This document shows positions 8,699 through 18,964 of a stretch of DNA of 64,000 bases, piece by piece (position 1 is the first letter of the stretch; every line of letters begins with the position of its first letter). Made by a program: the position numbers and the translations under genes. The notes under the pieces were generated by a model, which was given only the letters and a program-made list of their open reading frames with translations, searched no databases and was not told the DNA's origin. The DNA comes from an uncultured Robinsoniella sp. (GTDB lineage: Bacteria; Bacillota; Clostridia; Lachnospirales; Lachnospiraceae): the NCBI RefSeq assembly GCF_900539655.1, contig NZ_UQCR01000009.1. One strand, written 5' to 3'.

Positions 8699-10078
8699 CT
8701 AATACTTCATCGCCTCTAACGCAGAAATCTTCACCGCTTTATTCGCAGGATAATACCCTGCAATCACACCGATCAAGGTGGAGAACAGCATGGAGAAACC
8801 AGCCAGCCATAACGGGATGACGGAAGTCCTGCTGCCCTTTTCCATCAGCAGATTCATCAGCGCTTCAAAGGAAGTAAATACAAAATGCTGTGCTGACAGA
8901 TTCATGATGACGGATACAGCGAAGCTCACCAGTATTCCGATCATTCCGCCCAGCAGCCCGATGATTGCGGCCTCCATAAGGAACATGCTTCGGATATCGC
9001 TGATAAAGCAGCCCAGGGATTTCATAATGCCGATTTCCCTGGTTCGTTCTGTAATAGACATAATCATGGTGTTGGCAATTCCGATTGCGGCAACCAGCAG
9101 GGATATGGCGCCCAGACCGCCAAGCATAAACTGCTTCTGTCTGGCTTCTTTTGCCATAGGCTCTCTAATACTTTCCATAGAGCTGGTCTGAAATCCCATA
9201 TCTTTAATGATCTGCTCCACTTTTCCCACTTCTTCCACATTGTCTGTCTGAACCATAACCTGGGAAAATTCCGGTACTGTTTTTACCTTTTTCTTCTTTG
9301 ATAATAGTTTTTGAAGAGCCTGCAGATCCTTCAGCTTCATAATCAGTCCGCCGGAAGTCTCTTCTCCTTTGCCAAAGTCTTCTTTCATAACTCCACTGAT
9401 TTTAAGGGCAGCCAACACCTTATATTTTTTTGTCTCTTCCCCCATAGGAAGATCCGAATCGGCAGATGGAGCATTGCCGGAGGACTCCTCTTCCATTAAG
9501 AAATTAATCTCTTCTTTTTTGGTATCAAAATATGGTTTTGCTTCGGGATTTGACCAGTAATCTACCATGTTGCTGCCCTCCGGCCGCTTTGTATCCACAA
9601 ACTGAAAGGCAAAGGCAGATCCCGCCAGAACCTCATAGGGCTTCTTTCCGGGAAATTTTCCTTCTGTCAGCCGGTATCCCAGTTTTTCTATTGCATCCTC
9701 AGGCATACCGATAATGCTGATTCCCTGACCCTGATACCGGTTGTTCTTTCCAACGGCGATCAGGGTGTTATCACTGTTTAAGCTGACCTTTGGCGCTGCC
9801 AGGGTTACGTGGTCTAAAGCCTGAAGGCTTTTAACCGCTTTCTCATCCAGTTTTAGTTTTCCTTTTTGGTTACCGGGCGTAGGCATCACGGTAATCATCG
9901 TCAGATCTCCCATCTCAGATAACATTTTTTCCTGGGACTCTTTCATGCCGATACCAATTGAAATCATAATAATAATTGCACAGCAGCCAATTACAACACC
10001 TGAGACAGTAAGGAAAGTTCTTCCCTTTCTCCGGTAGAGGTTCCTCGCACACATCCGAAGTTTATCATTTATTTTCAT
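8699..10078 (-). CDS. ABC transporter permease, MacB/FtsX family
   Basis: N-terminal RTFLTVSGVVIG TM, large extracellular domain, ISLLVAAIGIANTM...ERTREIGIMKSLG, and C-terminal YPANKA. Confidence 0.93.
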   Translation of the reverse strand: MKINDKLRMCARNLYRRKGRTFLTVSGVVIGCCAIIIMISIGIGMKESQEKMLSEMGDLTMITVMPTPGNQKGKLKLDEKAVKSLQALDHVTLAAPKVSLNSDNTLIAVGKNNRYQGQGISIIGMPEDAIEKLGYRLTEGKFPGKKPYEVLAGSAFAFQFVDTKRPEGSNMVDYWSNPEAKPYFDTKKEEINFLMEEESSGNAPSADSDLPMGEETKKYKVLAALKISGVMKEDFGKGEETSGGLIMKLKDLQALQKLLSKKKKVKTVPEFSQVMVQTDNVEEVGKVEQIIKDMGFQTSSMESIREPMAKEARQKQFMLGGLGAISLLVAAIGIANTMIMSITERTREIGIMKSLGCFISDIRSMFLMEAAIIGLLGGMIGILVSFAVSVIMNLSAQHFVFTSFEALMNLLMEKGSRTSVIPLWLAGFSMLFSTLIGVIAGYYPANKAVKISALEAMKY

Positions 10079-10095
10079 TTTATGGAAACCTCCGT

Positions 10096-11781
10096 TTATT
10101 CTTCATCATCCTGCTCTTCAAACTCTTCGTACAGGAATGCCTTCTTACGCTTCCTTTTCTTAATAACTGCAATCACTACTGCCAGCAGCACGATAAATCC
10201 ACCTGCACCTGCTATGAAAGGCAGCATATTGGTTCCTCCTTCAGGCGGCATATCTTCTCCCATTCCCATTCCGGCCTCATCACCAAAATTCATGTCTCCT
10301 GCCGGATCCTGCGCTTCTGTTACATTAAAAGGAACCGCTATTGTAATCGTTCTGGATTTATTGGAAGAATCCTCATATTTGATTTTGACCTGAACCTCCT
10401 GTTTTCCTATATTTTGAGGGGTTATCAGAAAATCAATGGTGCCGTTTGAGCCGGATTCAAAGTTTCCCAGATATTTATAATTTTCCGCCGTTTCCACATC
10501 GCCTTCCAGGGAAGCCTCTACATTATAAACAGCGCTTTTCCCTTTGTTAACATAAGGGAGGCTTAACGTCGCTTCCGTAAATTGATGCATCTCCTCCTGG
10601 CTCTGGGGCACACTCACCTTGAACCTGTCAGGCTGTATTACCGGAATCGAGAGCTTTTCCGCCGATGTAGCCTGTGTTCTTGTCTTGTTATGGACAAACT
10701 CGTATTTAAAGCTGATATCCACTTTTGAGTTTTCAGGCTTTCCGTTCGCCAGCGCCTTGATGGTAACCTCTTTTTCAAGAACTCCTCCCGGTCCTATTTT
10801 ATCTATGTAAAAGGAGTTGGAAGAATTGGTAATAGCAAGGGCATCCCCCAGTTCCAGTGACATAATCATATTTTCTGCCGCTGTTTTGGAACTGGTATTC
10901 TTGATCTGTAATTTCAGATGAAATTCTTTTCCCGCCGTTACCTTTTCCCCATATTCGTATTTACTCACGATAACATTTGGTACCGGCGTATCAATATCTT
11001 TTTTCTCATCTGCCGGAGCGGCTTCCCCGCCGGAAGAATCTCCCCCTCCGGAGCTTTCCAGCGGATTGAATACCGGTTCATTTTCATTGGGATCTGCTGC
11101 ACCCTGATTTTTTGAAGCCACTGTGGGTATCATGATCTTTTCTTCTTTCTGCTCATGAACCATACCTTCTGAGGTCTGGTAATCATACTCCAGCTTCACC
11201 GTTATGGTCTGGACTTCTGACTGGATATCCTCTGCGGTCTTTAGATGCAGCTTACAGCTCTTTTCACTTTGTGCTCCTACCTTACCTACATCCAGGGAAC
11301 CGGTCAGCTCCTGAGACAATAGCCCTTCTCCCGTTTCAATACTAAGTCTGGCATTCTCTATAGGTACTTCTTTGCTTTTATTTTCCACAATCAGAACTGC
11401 CTGAAATGCTTTTCCGGCCTTCAGAGGCTTTTTTATTTCTCTCCTGCTGATTCTGATTACCGGCGGTGCCACTGCCGGTGTATTTACTCCATTTGTTTCT
11501 CCGGTCACAGGCTCTGAGTTCGTTTCTGTGGATTGTTCCGAACCGCTTCCTGTCTCATTCCCCGGGGTTTCCCCGGCCGCTGGTGTCTCCGGTGCCGCTG
11601 TTTCAGATGAATCCGGCGCCGCTTTTGCTTTATCTGATATACCTGGATATCCCAGCACCAGACTGAGCGCCATCACCCAGATCCCCATCATTTTAATGCC
11701 TTTTTTTACCTTTATACTATTTTTTGTTATTCTGTCTTTATCCATTTTACTTTCTTTCCTCATCTTTACACCTTTTTTCAT
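10096..11781 (-). CDS. Membrane-anchored extracellular Ig-like repeat protein (COG1361/CARDB-like), ABC accessory
   Basis: Signal peptide, three beta-rich repeats, C-terminal TM followed by KKRKRKK. Lies between the ATPase and permease genes. Confidence 0.75.
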   Translation of the reverse strand: MKKGVKMRKESKMDKDRITKNSIKVKKGIKMMGIWVMALSLVLGYPGISDKAKAAPDSSETAAPETPAAGETPGNETGSGSEQSTETNSEPVTGETNGVNTPAVAPPVIRISRREIKKPLKAGKAFQAVLIVENKSKEVPIENARLSIETGEGLLSQELTGSLDVGKVGAQSEKSCKLHLKTAEDIQSEVQTITVKLEYDYQTSEGMVHEQKEEKIMIPTVASKNQGAADPNENEPVFNPLESSGGGDSSGGEAAPADEKKDIDTPVPNVIVSKYEYGEKVTAGKEFHLKLQIKNTSSKTAAENMIMSLELGDALAITNSSNSFYIDKIGPGGVLEKEVTIKALANGKPENSKVDISFKYEFVHNKTRTQATSAEKLSIPVIQPDRFKVSVPQSQEEMHQFTEATLSLPYVNKGKSAVYNVEASLEGDVETAENYKYLGNFESGSNGTIDFLITPQNIGKQEVQVKIKYEDSSNKSRTITIAVPFNVTEAQDPAGDMNFGDEAGMGMGEDMPPEGGTNMLPFIAGAGGFIVLLAVVIAVIKKRKRKKAFLYEEFEEQDDEE

Positions 11782-11844
11782 TTTTTAACCTCCAGCATAC
11801 CGCAGACAGGTCTGTGGTATTGCATCAATTTCCCTGTTCTTTTC

Positions 11845-12558
11845 TTATGCATTTAACATTCCGGGTGTTTTCTGAACCGCCGTATCATTTACGATGTCTC
11901 CGTCGATTAAGGTTACAATACGGTCTGCATACTTTGCCATCTCCGGATCGTGCGTTACCAGCACAATGGTCTGATTGTATTTATGCGCCATGGCAATAAT
12001 CATGTTCATGACCTCCGCCGTTGTTTTGGTATCCAGGTTCCCAGTGGGTTCATCTGCAAATATTACTTCCGGGTGAGTGACAAACGCCCTGGCGATGCCT
12101 ACACGCTGTTGCTGGCCGCCTGACATCTGAGAGGGATAATGTGCACCGCGCTTGCCAAGCCCGACCTTATTCAGCAGCTGCATGGCCCTGTGCATCCTTT
12201 TATCCATCTCTACACCCCGAAACACCAGGGGAAGGGCTACATTTTCCAGCGCCGTTAGATTCGGCAGTAAATTATACGCCTGAAAAATAAAACCGATATG
12301 CATCTGGCGGAATGCGGCCATGTTCTTTTCACTTAATTTTGTAATTGACGTATTTTTAATAAAGATTTCGCCTTTTGTGGGTTTTTCAAATCCCGCAAGA
12401 TGATTCAACAGCGTACTCTTTCCGGACCCGGATGTACCAAAAATACAACAGATTTCTCCTTTTTTTATGGAGAGGTTAATTTTCTTAAGCGCAACTACCT
12501 TTTCATTTCCTACGGTATATTGCTTGCGGATATTTGTAACTCTGATGATTTCTTCCAT
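11845..12558 (-). CDS. ABC transporter ATP-binding protein (LolD/MacB-like)
   Basis: Walker A GTSGSGKS, signature [18 protein letters not shown]. Confidence 0.95.
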   Translation of the reverse strand: MEEIIRVTNIRKQYTVGNEKVVALKKINLSIKKGEICCIFGTSGSGKSTLLNHLAGFEKPTKGEIFIKNTSITKLSEKNMAAFRQMHIGFIFQAYNLLPNLTALENVALPLVFRGVEMDKRMHRAMQLLNKVGLGKRGAHYPSQMSGGQQQRVGIARAFVTHPEVIFADEPTGNLDTKTTAEVMNMIIAMAHKYNQTIVLVTHDPEMAKYADRIVTLIDGDIVNDTAVQKTPGMLNA

Positions 12559-12676
12559 TTTTATTCCTGGTGCCTGCCTGCAATCCTTCCTGCAATACTG
12601 ACACATCCTCCTACCTTACTTCTAATTTCGAATATAAGAATATCAGTAAAATTTTAAGAAATAGCAATAGATTTAA

Positions 12677-12693
12677 TGAAGAAATATGAAGAT
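12677..12693. promoter_or_regulatory. Putative OmpR-type direct-repeat binding site
   Basis: ATGAAGA-AAT-ATGAAGA (10-bp period) between the ABC operon and the divergent response regulator. Additional TAAGAA copies nearby. Confidence 0.45.
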
Positions 12694-12874
12694 TGAAAAG
12701 TTTGGATACTCGTAATACCGATTTCATGGTACAATAACATTACTTCGGGTACCAATCCGCCAGTATGACGCAATCTATATCACTGAATGTTTCCATAAAT
12801 CAGAACGGCGAAGCATTCGTTTATTTGCTTTGCGTTATACTGGTATCGGTATCCTGTAACTGAGGAGGTAACAA

Positions 12875-13570
12875 ATGAACAAGATGCAAAAAATTATGAT
12901 AGCAGATGATGATGCTGAAATTCGGGAAGTAATCCGCATTTTATTAGAGGGGGAAGGCTATCAGGTAATTGAAGCTGCAAATGGAAATGAAGCAATCGAT
13001 AAGATGGAGAGTTCCATTGTTTTAATTATATTAGATGTCATGATGCCCGGATGCTCAGGAATTATCGCCTGCAACGAAATCCGAAAAGAACATACGGTCC
13101 CCATTCTTTTTCTTACAGCAAAGTCAAAAGAAGAAGATATCGTGATCGGTTTCTCGGCGGGTGCAGATGATTATCTCGTAAAGCCTTTTTCTTATACGGA
13201 ACTTCTTTCAAGGGTTAAGGCATTAATTCGCAGATACTGTATCTATATGGGGCAGGATACCCAGAGCCTGGGACATATTTATCTCCAGGACATTGAAATC
13301 GATATGGATTCCAGACGGGTGACTAAATCCGGTACCGAAATTACGCTGACAGATCTGGAATATCAGATACTGGCTCTCCTTGCAACTCACCGGAAGAAGA
13401 TATTTTCAGCCCAGAATATCTACGAAAGCGTCTGGAAGGAGCCTTATTATTCTTTTTCCAGCAACACCGTTGCCGTCCATATTCGAAACCTGAGAAAAAA
13501 ACTGGAGGATGATATACAGAATCCGCATTATATACAAAATGTTTGGGGAAGGGGTTATCGCATTGTCTAA
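12875..13570 (+). CDS. OmpR-family response regulator
   Basis: ADDD, LDVMMP, GADDYLVKPF, and winged helix NVWGRGY. Confidence 0.95.
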   Translation: MNKMQKIMIADDDAEIREVIRILLEGEGYQVIEAANGNEAIDKMESSIVLIILDVMMPGCSGIIACNEIRKEHTVPILFLTAKSKEEDIVIGFSAGADDYLVKPFSYTELLSRVKALIRRYCIYMGQDTQSLGHIYLQDIEIDMDSRRVTKSGTEITLTDLEYQILALLATHRKKIFSAQNIYESVWKEPYYSFSSNTVAVHIRNLRKKLEDDIQNPHYIQNVWGRGYRIV

Positions 13571-14951
13571 AATCAAAAATCTTTTTTCTAAGAAATTAGC
13601 CAGAGAACTGGTGCTTGCCGTTACCATTTCCCTGCTGATCGCTTATCTGGCATACGAACCGATATCAGAATTTGGTTATTATCTGCTGGATAAAACTTTA
13701 ATGTCACCAACCTATGTAAAAAGTGTGGAAGAAGATTTCGTCCGGGAACTGCAGAACTTTGTTAACGAGAACCAGGTAACATCTAAAGAAATTTCTAAGG
13801 TGCACAAATGGATGAAAGAACAGGACAACACTTCCATCTCTTTTTTCTATAAAGATTACGAGATATTTAATTCCGATTTCGGAACGGTGCCAACGGAGGG
13901 GGACAGCCTGGAGGATTACCTGAACCAATATATCAAAAACAGTTTTGCCAAACCTGTCCCGGAGGAAACCATGAATACCACGTACCACATTACGTTTACG
14001 GACAAAATTACGCTGGATACGCAGGTTTACTGCTACTTCTATGTAAAGTATTACGTAGTGCTGTACTATTTCACGCTTTTTCTCTGCTTTGTGATTTTCC
14101 TTGTACTTTTCCTTTTATTCATCCACCGGAAAATACAGTATATTAATAAGCTAGCTGAAGATCTGGAAATATTAGAAGGCGGGGACCTGCACTATAAAGT
14201 TCGTGAAAACGGCTGTGACGAGCTTTACCGGCTGGCTGTGGGAATTAATCAGATGAGGGAATCGATTATTGAACGGGATGACAATGAACAGGCTGTTAAA
14301 GAAGCTCATCAGAAGCTGATTACCGCCATGTCCCATGACCTGCGTACACCACTGACATCCCTGATCGGATATGTGGAACTGCTGATCCTTGGCAGATATC
14401 AAAATCAGGAGCAGCTGCAGAACTTTTTAGGGCATATTAAAAACAAAGCTTATAAAATCAAGCAGCTGTCGGATAAATTATTTGAATATTTCCTGGTGTC
14501 CGAAAGGGGCGAAGAAGCATACCAGAAAGAACTGATCCCTACCATTAATTTGATTACCGGTCTGTCGGACGACCAGTTGTTCACACTGGAAAGCGAAGGT
14601 TTTAAAATCCAGTCAGAATTTGATCTGGATTCCCTCAAAAGCAATTGCTTCCTGGATATTGAATATGTTCAGAGAACTCTGGACAATATTTTATCCAATA
14701 TTCATAAATATGCAGATGCCGGTTACCCGCTGCATGTCATGTCCAAAGAAAATGACGGATATTTTTTACTGGAATTTCATAATAGAATCGCAGAAGATTT
14801 GTCCGCACACGAAAGTACCGGAATCGGTATTAAGACATGTGAGCGGATTATGCACATTCACGGCGGATTTTTTGAATGCTACAAAGACGGAGTCTGGTTT
14901 ATCAGCAGAATAAAGCTGCCTGTAATCCAAAAAAATGCCTCATCTGAATAA
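13563..14951 (+). CDS. Sensor histidine kinase (2 TM, HAMP, HisKA, HATPase)
   Basis: SHDLRTPLT H-box, NILSNIHKY N-box, STGIGI. Probable TTG start overlapping the regulator stop. Confidence 0.92.
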   Translation: MSKIKNLFSKKLARELVLAVTISLLIAYLAYEPISEFGYYLLDKTLMSPTYVKSVEEDFVRELQNFVNENQVTSKEISKVHKWMKEQDNTSISFFYKDYEIFNSDFGTVPTEGDSLEDYLNQYIKNSFAKPVPEETMNTTYHITFTDKITLDTQVYCYFYVKYYVVLYYFTLFLCFVIFLVLFLLFIHRKIQYINKLAEDLEILEGGDLHYKVRENGCDELYRLAVGINQMRESIIERDDNEQAVKEAHQKLITAMSHDLRTPLTSLIGYVELLILGRYQNQEQLQNFLGHIKNKAYKIKQLSDKLFEYFLVSERGEEAYQKELIPTINLITGLSDDQLFTLESEGFKIQSEFDLDSLKSNCFLDIEYVQRTLDNILSNIHKYADAGYPLHVMSKENDGYFLLEFHNRIAEDLSAHESTGIGIKTCERIMHIHGGFFECYKDGVWFISRIKLPVIQKNASSE

Positions 14952-14954
14952 ACA

Positions 14955-15009
14955 ACACCCCTGCAATGATTTCCGCGCCATATAAGGCACGAGAAGCATG
15001 CAGGGGTGT
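14955..15009. terminator. Stem-loop between the convergent kinase and rsfS
   Basis: ACACCCCTGCA...TGCAGGGGTGT. Confidence 0.65.
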
Positions 15010-15016
15010 ATTATTT

Positions 15017-15370
15017 TTATAATTCTTCTACAGAAATACTCTTGCCATCTCTCCAGATTCTCTCCAGATCGTAGAACAGACGGTTTTCGGAATCAAAAAC
15101 GTGAATGATAATATCACCATAATCCAGCAGAATCCAGTTCGCTGTCTGGTAACCTTCAACCTGTTTAGCGTGATATCCCGCTTTTCCAAGGGCTTCTTCT
15201 ACGTTGTCAACCAACGCCTGAACCTGATTTTTATTTGTTCCGCTGGTAATGATAAAATAATCAGCCAATACGGATACTTCTTCAATATTGATAACCTTTA
15301 AATCCTCTGCCTTCTTTTCTTCCAAAGCGGCACAGGCTATTTTAGCCATTTGTTTTGACTTGTTTTCCAA
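15017..15370 (-). CDS. rsfS: Ribosome silencing factor
   Basis: KKAED, DYFIITSG and WILLDYGDIIIHVF...RLFYDLERIW motifs. Confidence 0.95.
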   Translation of the reverse strand: MENKSKQMAKIACAALEEKKAEDLKVINIEEVSVLADYFIITSGTNKNQVQALVDNVEEALGKAGYHAKQVEGYQTANWILLDYGDIIIHVFDSENRLFYDLERIWRDGKSISVEEL

Positions 15371-15371
15371 T

Positions 15372-15980
15372 TTACTTTCCCTCCTGTCTCATTAACTGCT
15401 TTTCTCTGTTCATTTCTTTATAATACTCAAAAGCTCTCGCTGTCATTGGGTCCAATTCATTTTTTGTGGACTTCAGATACGAAAGGGTATCCCGCAAAAT
15501 AATATACAGAGCTTCATCAATGTCTGAAAAAGCCATTTTTCTTGACAATTCCAGATTCTGGGCTTTGTAACGCCAGGGCTCTATATAGTCTGCTATATAG
15601 ACGATTTTCTCCAGAAGAGACATCCCGGGCCTGCCTGTTGTATGATATGCAATCGCATTCAAAATATCCGGATCTGTTATCTTATACTTTTCTTTTGCGA
15701 TCTGCGCTCCTGCTTTTGCGTGAAGTAAAAATGGGTTCTTCCGTTCTGCATCCGATATGGGAATCCCGTTTTTTTCGCAGATGCTGATTTTTTTATCGTT
15801 GGGAATGCATTTTGCGCAATCATGCAGCAATCCCGCTGCCTGCGCCTTTCTCACATCCTCCCCATAACGCATTGCCAGTGCAGCACTGGTGTACATAACG
15901 CCCTGGGTATGGGTAAAACGATCTTCATCCAGATATTTTTTCAGCTTCTCCTGCATTTTAAAAATATTGAATTCACTCAT
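15372..15980 (-). CDS. yqeK: Ap4A hydrolase, HD domain
   Basis: RFTHTQGV, LLHDCAK, YHTTG, ADYIEP. Lies between nadD and rsfS. Confidence 0.92.
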   Translation of the reverse strand: MSEFNIFKMQEKLKKYLDEDRFTHTQGVMYTSAALAMRYGEDVRKAQAAGLLHDCAKCIPNDKKISICEKNGIPISDAERKNPFLLHAKAGAQIAKEKYKITDPDILNAIAYHTTGRPGMSLLEKIVYIADYIEPWRYKAQNLELSRKMAFSDIDEALYIILRDTLSYLKSTKNELDPMTARAFEYYKEMNREKQLMRQEGK

Positions 15981-16608
15981 TTTCTTCACACTCCTGATAC
16001 ATGCAATGCTCTTCAATATAATGTATTACATCATCGGGGACATAATACTTAATTGATTTGCCCCTGCAGATCCAGTTTCGGATCGTACCGGATGAAATAT
16101 CAATATTCGGAGTATCCAGTTTTTCTATCTTTGCCTGATAAAGCTCTTTTAAATAATCAATCTGTCGGTTCAGTTTGTCCGGTTTCACATGGTCTCTCAC
16201 CGCAACTACAAGTGTGCAGAGACGGCAGATATCTTCCGGTTCTTTCCATGTTTCAAAAGTAAACAGGGAATCGGCACCCATTATAAAATAGTAATCCGTA
16301 TCCGGGTTTTCCTGTACCAGACGGCTTAATGTCTCCCTGGTATAGGTATAACCTTCATCATGTGTCTCCGCCATAGAAAGTTCAAAGTGCGGATTACTGC
16401 TGACCGCCCGGGTAACCATTGCCACCCGCTGTGCCGTAGTAGCCCGTCCCTGCCGTTCCTGCTTGTGAGGCGGATTGCCTGAGGGCATAAACAGCACATG
16501 ATCCAGGTCAAACTGCAGATATGCATTTTCACCCAGAATCAGATGTCCGATATGGATAGGATCAAATGTTCCTCCCATGATACCAACTTTTTTACGTCGC
16601 TGCTCCAT
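15973..16608 (-). CDS. nadD: Nicotinate-nucleotide adenylyltransferase
   Basis: GGTFDPIHIGH, PPHK, FIMGADS, ISSGTIR. Confidence 0.96.
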   Translation of the reverse strand: MEQRRKKVGIMGGTFDPIHIGHLILGENAYLQFDLDHVLFMPSGNPPHKQERQGRATTAQRVAMVTRAVSSNPHFELSMAETHDEGYTYTRETLSRLVQENPDTDYYFIMGADSLFTFETWKEPEDICRLCTLVVAVRDHVKPDKLNRQIDYLKELYQAKIEKLDTPNIDISSGTIRNWICRGKSIKYYVPDDVIHYIEEHCMYQECEENE

Positions 16609-16625
16609 TCTTTGAATCCCCGCTT

Positions 16626-16919
16626 TTATAAAGGAAGTTGAATCTTTTTCTTCTCGTCTTTTCCTTCTTTATAAAGTACAATTTTCTTACCGATTACCTG
16701 GACTACCTGGGAACGGGTACGCTCCGCTACCATATATGCCAGTTCTTTCGGATCGTCCATACAGTTCTGAAGGACATTAATTTTAATTAACTCTCTTGCT
16801 TCCAGAGCTTCTTTAATCGCCTGGGTGTTTTCTGGTGTAAGACTGGACTTTCCAATCTGGAAGATCGAATCCATGGTCATTGCCAGACTCTTTAAATACG
16901 CACGCTGCTTACTTGTCAT
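16626..16919 (-). CDS. yhbY: Ribosome assembly RNA-binding protein (CRM domain)
   Basis: MTSKQRAYLKSLA, RELIKI, VQVIGKKIVLY. Confidence 0.95.
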   Translation of the reverse strand: MTSKQRAYLKSLAMTMDSIFQIGKSSLTPENTQAIKEALEARELIKINVLQNCMDDPKELAYMVAERTRSQVVQVIGKKIVLYKEGKDEKKKIQLPL

Positions 16920-16988
16920 CTTTCCCTCCGATACGATGCCTGATCATCACGTTATCCGGCACACATATCCTCTTTTATCTATATAAAA

Positions 16989-18281
16989 TTATTTATAGTA
17001 ATCAAACTGCAGCCCATACATACGCACGGTATCGCCTTCTTCAATGCCTGCAGCTTCTAATTCATTCAGGATGCCGGTATCTTTTAAGAATTTCTGGAAG
17101 AAAGCAAAGCCTTTTTCCGATTCCAGATTGGTATAACCCAGCATTTTTTCAATTTTCGGTCCTTCTACGATGTAGGTATGATCTTCTTCCTCTGACTTTT
17201 CTACCGTATAAGGAAGATTCTCGCTCATGTTAAACTCATCCGGGAAGAATTCCTGTTCGAATACCATCGGAGCCTCGGGCACCGTATCTAGCAGTTCCCG
17301 TACATAGTACAATAATTCTTTCAGGCCTTTACCGCTGACTGCGGAAATGGCAAATACTTTAATTCCCTGTGGTTCAAATTCATCCCTGATCTTTTGGATG
17401 GGATCTTCGTCACCTTCAAAAATTGCATCTATTTTATTTGCTGCAATTACCTGTGGCCTTGCGGCAATTTCTTCATTATAAGCTTTTAGTTCTTCGTTGA
17501 TTTTATAGATATCTTCGATTGGATCCCGTCCTTCTGTGGATGCTGCATCTACCATATGGATCATCACTTTTGTACGTTCAATATGCCGTAAAAACTCATG
17601 TCCAAGACCAACACCTTCGGAAGCGCCTTCAATCAATCCGGGGATATCCGCAATTACAAATCCTTTTCCACCTTCCAGGTCTACAACTCCCAGATTAGGA
17701 TTTAAGGTTGTAAAGTGATAATTGGCAATCTTTGGCCTCGCATTGGTAACACGGGATAACAATGTGGATTTACCTACATTCGGGAAACCAACCAGTCCCA
17801 CATCTGCGATTACCTTTAATTCCAGATTTACCATAAGTTCCTGTGCCGCTTGTCCGGGCTGCGCATACTTTGGTACCTGCATGGTGGGTGTGGCAAAATT
17901 CATATTGCCAAGTCCGCCTCTACCGCCCTTTAAGATAACCTGTCTGCGGTTATCTCCGGACATGTCTGCAATTACCTTATTGCTTTCCGCCTCTTTTATT
18001 ACTGTACCTTCCGGAACCTTCAGCACCAAATCACTGCCGTTGCCGCCGTGGCAGCGTTTCTTACCGCCCTGTTCACCATCCTGTGCACTGAACTTGCGTT
18101 TATGGCGGTAGTCTACCAGCGTATTCAAGCCTTCGTCTACTTCAAAAATAATATCTCCGCCTTTACCGCCGTTTCCTCCGTCAGGACCGCCGTTGGCAAC
18201 ATATAATTCTCTTCGAAAGCTTACATGGCCGTCCCCGCCTTTACCAGAACGTATGGATATTTTTGCTCTGTCTGCGAACAT
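16989..18281 (-). CDS. obgE: GTPase Obg
   Basis: Gly-rich Obg domain, GFPNVGKS, YHFTTL, DIPG, NKID, and C-terminal OCT domain. Confidence 0.97.
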   Translation of the reverse strand: MFADRAKISIRSGKGGDGHVSFRRELYVANGGPDGGNGGKGGDIIFEVDEGLNTLVDYRHKRKFSAQDGEQGGKKRCHGGNGSDLVLKVPEGTVIKEAESNKVIADMSGDNRRQVILKGGRGGLGNMNFATPTMQVPKYAQPGQAAQELMVNLELKVIADVGLVGFPNVGKSTLLSRVTNARPKIANYHFTTLNPNLGVVDLEGGKGFVIADIPGLIEGASEGVGLGHEFLRHIERTKVMIHMVDAASTEGRDPIEDIYKINEELKAYNEEIAARPQVIAANKIDAIFEGDEDPIQKIRDEFEPQGIKVFAISAVSGKGLKELLYYVRELLDTVPEAPMVFEQEFFPDEFNMSENLPYTVEKSEEEDHTYIVEGPKIEKMLGYTNLESEKGFAFFQKFLKDTGILNELEAAGIEEGDTVRMYGLQFDYYK

Positions 18282-18299
18282 TCCATTCACCTTCTTTCT

Positions 18300-18335
18300 A
18301 AAAAAATAGGCTTCAAACCAATTTGATTTGAAGCC
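18300..18335 (-). terminator. Intrinsic terminator after rpmA
   Basis: GGCTTCAAA/TTTGAAGCC stem followed by a T tract on the minus strand. Confidence 0.75.
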
Positions 18336-18342
18336 ACCTTTA

Positions 18343-18630
18343 CTATTCTGCTGATACTGGAACGATAGAAACTTGTTTCTTATCTCTTCCTTTTCTTTGG
18401 AATCTTACTACACCGTCAACTAAAGCGAATAAAGTATCGTCTCCACCACGTCCAACGTTAACGCCTGGGTGAATTTTAGTTCCACGCTGTCTGTAAAGAA
18501 TATTTCCAGCTTTTACAAATTGTCCGTCAGCTCTTTTCGCACCTAATCTCTTGGATTCGGAATCTCTACCATTCTTAGTAGAACCAACTCCCTTTTTATG
18601 AGCGAAAATTTGAAGGTTCATTTTTAACAT
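18343..18630 (-). CDS. rpmA: 50S ribosomal protein L27 with Prp-cleaved N-terminal extension
   Basis: [33 protein letters not shown] before ATG 18630. Confidence 0.97.
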   Translation of the reverse strand: MLKMNLQIFAHKKGVGSTKNGRDSESKRLGAKRADGQFVKAGNILYRQRGTKIHPGVNVGRGGDDTLFALVDGVVRFQRKGRDKKQVSIVPVSAE

Positions 18631-18634
18631 AGTC

Positions 18635-18958
18635 TTACACCTCCTTGAATATAATCTTGATATATTCATTACCGTAATTATTTTGGATATCCTGTAAACC
18701 AAGAATCATCGAATTCAGTAAGAGCTTCGTCTCTTTAGAAACCGCACCTTCCAAGATCAATTCTACCAAGCCATCATCATCCTGCCTTACGGCAAATTTA
18801 TCCTCAGTAAACCGCTCTATGGAATTAATTGCATTCACAGTCAGCACCGATACGGCAGCACAGATAATATCCTGTCCTTCTTCTCCGTAGCCCGCATGAC
18901 CATTGGCTTCAAAGCCTCTATATTCTTCTGAACTCTTATAAACTGTGATTTTAATCAT
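18635..18958 (-). CDS. prp: Ribosomal-processing cysteine protease Prp
   Basis: GHAGY...DIICAAVS catalytic motif, located between rplU and rpmA. Confidence 0.95.
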   Translation of the reverse strand: MIKITVYKSSEEYRGFEANGHAGYGEEGQDIICAAVSVLTVNAINSIERFTEDKFAVRQDDDGLVELILEGAVSKETKLLLNSMILGLQDIQNNYGNEYIKIIFKEV

Positions 18959-18964
18959 TGACAA

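Noticed and set aside
18343..18958. L27 N-terminal extension with an adjacent protease as a novel system
   Set aside because: This is the known Prp/L27 maturation system of Firmicutes.
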